From: Eledone cirrhosa
Lineage: Eukaryota
DNA: 64,000 nt
Direction of reading: 5' to 3'
Assembly: GCA_964016885.1 (NCBI GenBank)
Contig: OZ024741.1
Span: 171,368,001-171,432,000, forward strand
Shown: positions 59,459 to 64,000 of the stretch, piece after piece
Position numbering within the stretch: the first letter of the stretch is position 1
Layout: each line of letters starts with the position of its first letter
Position numbers and translations under genes: made by a program
Notes under the pieces: generated by a model
What the model saw: the letters and a program-made list of their open reading frames with translations, nothing else
What the model was told of the DNA's origin: nothing
The model's database searches: none

Positions 59459-60213
59459 ATGAAAGGCAGACTGTATGATGCGTGTATACGAGCAGCAATG
59501 TTAAATGGTAGTGAGACCTGGGCGCTGAAGGTGTAAGACTTACGTTGATTAGAGAGAAACGAAGCCTGCATGCTCCGATGGATGTGTAATAGTAATATAC
59601 GCGAACAGCAAAGCATAAATGAATTGAGAGAGAGACTGAGCATAAGAGGAATCAAATGCTGTGTGCAGGAGAGGCGGTTGCATTGGTATGGACATGTGAT
59701 GGGTATGAAGGATGACAGCTGCACAAAAAGGTGCAGAGCACTAGAAGTCAATGGAAACCGCGGAGTGGGGAGACCGAAGAAGACCTGGGATGAGGTGATA
59801 AAGGCCGACCTTACCCAATTACACCTCTCAAAGGCGATGACACACGACCGTGACCTCTGGCGTCACGCAGTAATACAGAGTACCCGACCTCCCATGGGTA
59901 CAAGCTGAAGCATATAGACAATATGCCCCCACACACTCCCACTGCAAAGTGGTCGTGGAGGTGCCACGGCAAAAAAGCACCCAGCCCACACTGTAAATTG
60001 GACGTGTAGTCGTCCCGGAAAAAAGCACCCAGCACTCACTGTAAATGAGATTGGTGTTAGGAAGGGCATCCAGCTGTAGAAATCTAGCCAAAATCAGTTC
60101 CTGTATGAGCAAGGCATGGTCAGCCGACCAGACACTGCCCACAACAGGACAACCCGTCTAACCCATGACAGCATGGAAGAACGGACGTAAAACGGTGATG
60201 ATGATGATGATGA
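59459..60213 (+). mobile_element. 5'-truncated RTE LINE related to the 62.4-64 kb element
   Basis: [35 protein letters not shown]; 3' UTR with (GAT)n tail. Confidence 0.9.
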
Positions 60214-60214
60214 T

Positions 60215-61005
60215 ATCTAACTATCTTGGGCAGGTAAAATTCCCGAGAACCATGGACGAGTTCTCTCCAGCGGTCTCTGACCCTCATTATCGTTGCCATG
60301 TCCTGGATCTCCCACAGACCAGTGTCTGTCCTTAGGGCATCAACATACGTTAACCTTGGTCTTCTTCTTCCTGTGTGTCCATGCAGGGGCTCTCACAGGA
60401 GCACTGAGTGCAGTGTCAACTCTTGATGTCAGTGAGCATGTCCAGCTAACCTCAGTCTCCTCTGTGTCACTTTTGAGCTGACTTTTGGGAGGCTCCCATA
60501 CAGCTCTGAGTTTTTCATCCTCAGTGTATACTGATTAATGTTCAGAGCCATCCTCAGCATTCTCGTGTAGCACCCATTCACCATTCGAGTGAGTTTCCTG
60601 GTCAGCGTCCAAGTCACAGACCCGTACAGCAGCACAGACTCCACTACAGCAATGAAGAGGCGGATCTTCAGGTCTTTACAAAGGTCCGACTTCCACATCG
60701 ATCTCAAGCTGTGGCACGCCGCCCAAGCTGCTCTTCCTCTCAACCACATCATCTTTCGTATTTCCAATCTTTGCTCCCAAATACAGAAGTCGTCAACTAA
60801 TTCCAGCGGCTTCCCACCACATTAGTGTCCCCTCTGGAGAGTTAAGGCAAAAAAGATATCGGATGCTGAATTTGCCGACGACATAGTTTTAGTGACAAAT
60901 ACAGTGACGGAGGCAGAGGATTTGATGCGGGAAGTTGAGATTGTGTCGACGAGCGTGGGGCTGAGAATGAATGAGACTAAGACAAAATGTCTGGTAGAGA
61001 ATATA
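60215..61005 (-). mobile_element. RTE-type LINE with inverted 5' segment
   Basis: Minus: LELVDDF..AAWAAC..VESVLLYGS..RLAGH; plus 60836-61005: EFADDIVL..VGLRMNETKTK. Confidence 0.85.
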
Positions 61006-61032
61006 CATATATATATATATAGAGAGAGAGAA

Positions 61033-61731
61033 AGATTACAATAATCAAAGTTCAGTTTAAATCATTTATTTGATTACAATTGTTTCCTCCAAACCGAGGT
61101 TTGGATTCTTCGGAGCAAATATTTAGTGATCTATAACATACTTGACCTCCTTTTCAACACAAGAGACATATAAAAACATATGCATATATTGACCCACAGT
61201 GGGAATATACAATGGAATATACAATGTCATCTCCGGAATATACAATGTCATCTCACACAACTAAAACAACCTGATCTATTAATCAAATTAAGAAACGACA
61301 AGATATGGTTTATAACGTGGCTCTCCAGACACCCAATACTGAATCATCGTGGATTGTGTGATAGACCTTTAGTCTATGTATTGCGTTTCATGGATTGTGT
61401 GAGTGGTGGTGTGTGCGAAGACAGTGGTGCTGTTTTGCCTATTTTATAATGTTTTGTAATATGTTTGATACTTTTGATATTTTGGTGCTTCTCTACATTC
61501 GGGATTGTATATCATACAGGTGTATGCGAAAAAATGATTTAACAATATGGCCCACATGATACTATTGATTGCCTACTTTAACTGCCTGATTCTACAAGTA
61601 ACAATCTGCCGCACACTAATCCTGTATAAATAAGACACGCGTGCATGCTACACTTGAGATTGTTTCATACACTGACTACTCTAAACTTTCCTCTTGCTTT
61701 ATCTTCATAAACTGCCAAAGTTTTATTTTTA

Positions 61732-61762
<31 letters not shown>

Positions 61763-61772
61763 TTTATTTTTA

Positions 61773-61803
<31 letters not shown>

Positions 61804-62319
61804 TTTATTTTTATTTTTATTTTTATTTTTATTTTTATTTTTATTTTTATTTTTATTTTTATTTTTATTTTTATTTTTATTTTTATTTTTATTTTTATTT
61901 TTATTTTTATTTTTATTTTTATTTTTATCCTTTAACCTTTATATGTAAATTGCCATGCTATATCATTATGATGGATGTCAACCCACTGTGGGTCAATATA
62001 TGCATATGTTTTTATATGTCTCTTGTGTTGAAAAGGAGGTCAAGTATCTTATAGATCACTAAATAGTTGCTCCGAAGAATCCAAACCTCGGTTTGGAGGA
62101 AACAATTGTAAGCAAATAAATGATTTAAACTGAACTTTGATTATTGTAATCTCTATATAACTGCTCTGTAAAACAACTGATGTTATTACATTGAGCCATT
62201 TATCTTACTGGTAATAAGATAGTAATGAATGACTATCTTTCATTATTTGGGGTTTGTATATAAAAAAATATATAACCATAAAAGGTTTTATTATATACAT
62301 AACCATAAATAGTATCCTT

Positions 62320-62320
<1 letters not shown>
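61033..62320. mobile_element. PLE-type element with ~170-bp inverted pLTR arms (family G) and internal (TTTTTA)n at 61720-61928
   Basis: Arms 61033-61203 and 61982-62152; tail after the right arm. Confidence 0.8.
62067..62115 (+). ncRNA. Type I hammerhead motif with variant core
   Basis: TTGCT-CCGAAGA-A-TCCAAACC(tc)GGTTTGGA-G-GAAAC-AATT-GTA-AGCAA. Confidence 0.75.
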
Positions 62321-62399
<79 letters not shown>

Positions 62400-62427
62400 T
62401 TATATATACATATATATCTATACATAT

Positions 62428-64000
62428 ATCATCATCATCATCATCATCATCATCAACGTTTAACGTCCGTGTTCCACGCCTGCATGGGTTTGGACGGGGG
62501 TAGTCCCACTTGAGGCAAGAGTGATTGTCTTGCTCGCATAGGACTGTCTGGCAGGTTTTCTACAGTTGGATGCCCTTCCTAACACCAACCACATTTACAG
62601 TGTGGGTCTGGGAGGTTTTTACCGTGTTGCCTACACGGCCACATTACAGCGTGGACTGTGTGTTTTTTTGTCGTGACACCTACACGATCTCATTTGTTTC
62701 GGCCTCGATGGCGCGGCACCAACATAACTTTACATAGAACGGGGTGGTGTGGATGGGGTGGGGGTGGTGGTGGTGGGACGGGGTGTATTTTGTTAGAGAT
62801 GCCTACTGGCTGGAGTAGGTTTTACTATATATTTAGGTAAGGCGGGTCTTCTCTGTTACTGAGTACCGCCAAAGGTCTCGGTCCAGTGACATTGTCTTGG
62901 AGAGGTGTAAGTGTGTGATGTCGGAGTTTATCAGCTCGTCCCAGGTTTTTCTAGGTCTGCCTATTCCGTGACTACCGTCTATCTTTATTGCCCTGCACTT
63001 TGTTATACAGCTATCGACTTTCATGCGCATCACGTGTCCATACCAACGTAGCCTTCTCTCGAGTAAACAACATCTGATCCCTCTTATCTCTAATGTTTTC
63101 CTTAGTTCGTTTATGCTTTGCCGTTCACGTATATTACTATTACACATCCAGCGGAGCATGCAAGCTTCGTTCCTCTCTAGTCTGCGTATATCCTCTGCAC
63201 ACAATGCCCAGGTCTCACTGCCATGCAGCATTGCTGTTCGTATGCAGGCATCGTACAACCTGCCTTTCATTTTTAGGGGGAACCCTTTAGCAGCTAATAG
63301 TGGTATAAGCTCTCTGAACTTTTTCCAACCAGTTCTGACTCTAGCTACAGTACTTTCAGAGCACCCTCCCCCACTGCTGATTTTATCGCCCAGGTAACGG
63401 AAGCTGTCCACTATTTCTATAGAACCCTCTGCGCAATTGAAAGAGCTAGTATTTTGTGGGCACTTGCTGCTACTTATTGCACCAGAATACCGGCCACATG
63501 TAAAATCTATGTTCTTAGTTAGCTTACCTGTGATCCCACTACATCTTTTATGCACCCATACTTTGCATTTAGGACATAAAATGGAGTTTCTACCTACGCC
63601 TTTCCTACACACCGAGCACGACCATTTCTCAGAAGGGACCGCCGCCTTGTTTTCTTTCCTACAAACTAGTACTTTGGTCTTAGCCAGGTTAATTTTAAGG
63701 CCTTTTGACTCTAGGCCGTGCTTCCATGTTTGGAATTTCTTCTCTAGCTCGGCCATTGATTCCGCTATGAGTGTCAGGTCGTCTGCGTATAGGAGCTCCC
63801 ATGGGCAGCCTGTCTTGAACTCCTCTGTTATAGCCTGAAGGGCAATAATAAATAGTAGGGGGCTGAGAACAGAGCCCTGATGGACGCCAACTTTTACGCT
63901 AAACTCTTCACTATATTCGTTGTTAATTCTAACCTTGCTGACTGTTTCTTTATACATGGCTTGTATAGCCCTCACAAGCCATTCGTCAACGCCTAGTTTT
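62428..64000 (-). mobile_element. RTE-clade LINE, 3' part (continues beyond the window)
   Basis: ORF, 3' UTR 62455-62832 and (GAT)n tail. Confidence 0.93.
62833..63999 (-). CDS. RTE reverse transcriptase with internal PHD-like finger (partial, open to window edge)
   Basis: GVHQGSVLSP, YADD, KTKV, CxxC..CxxC..HxxC..C, FRYLG, WYGHV, GRPRKTW. Confidence 0.92.
   Translation of the reverse strand, partial: KLGVDEWLVRAIQAMYKETVSKVRINNEYSEEFSVKVGVHQGSVLSPLLFIIALQAITEEFKTGCPWELLYADDLTLIAESMAELEKKFQTWKHGLESKGLKINLAKTKVLVCRKENKAAVPSEKWSCSVCRKGVGRNSILCPKCKVWVHKRCSGITGKLTKNIDFTCGRYSGAISSSKCPQNTSSFNCAEGSIEIVDSFRYLGDKISSGGGCSESTVARVRTGWKKFRELIPLLAAKGFPLKMKGRLYDACIRTAMLHGSETWALCAEDIRRLERNEACMLRWMCNSNIRERQSINELRKTLEIRGIRCCLLERRLRWYGHVMRMKVDSCITKCRAIKIDGSHGIGRPRKTWDELINSDITHLHLSKTMSLDRDLWRYSVTEKTRLT

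Noticed and set aside
61720-61928. Telomeric repeat
   Set aside because: The unit is TTTTTA, internal to a repeat element, not TTAGGG.
61033-62152. DNA transposon with 170-bp TIRs
   Set aside because: The arms contain a hammerhead motif and match the one-sided-tail layout of the PLE-type inversions.

Overview
Eukaryotic, AT-rich, almost entirely repetitive DNA. The SINE families, microsatellite density and LINE mix suggest an octopus/cephalopod genome (inference). No recognisable host protein-coding gene; most listed ORFs are microsatellite artefacts. Real coding remnants are all retroelements: an L1/Tx1 LINE (26.5-29.3 kb), an R4/Dong-type LINE (37.5-38.5 kb), RTE LINEs (one with a PHD finger inside its RT, 62.8-64 kb) and three Penelope-like element (PLE) fragments. 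Also present: two tRNA-derived SINE families (over 25 copies), Helitron-like elements, two MITEs and a 28-bp minisatellite with higher-order structure. The main signal is a dense set of short elements, mostly embedded in (TA)n tracts. They carry minimal type I hammerhead ribozyme motifs (about 15 readable cores, 8 or more families) and form asymmetric fold-backs in which only one arm keeps a 3' tail. One family is physically joined to a PLE GIY-YIG ORF. A chain of very short minus-strand exon candidates may be a host transcript. All calls are by eye; boundaries are approximate.
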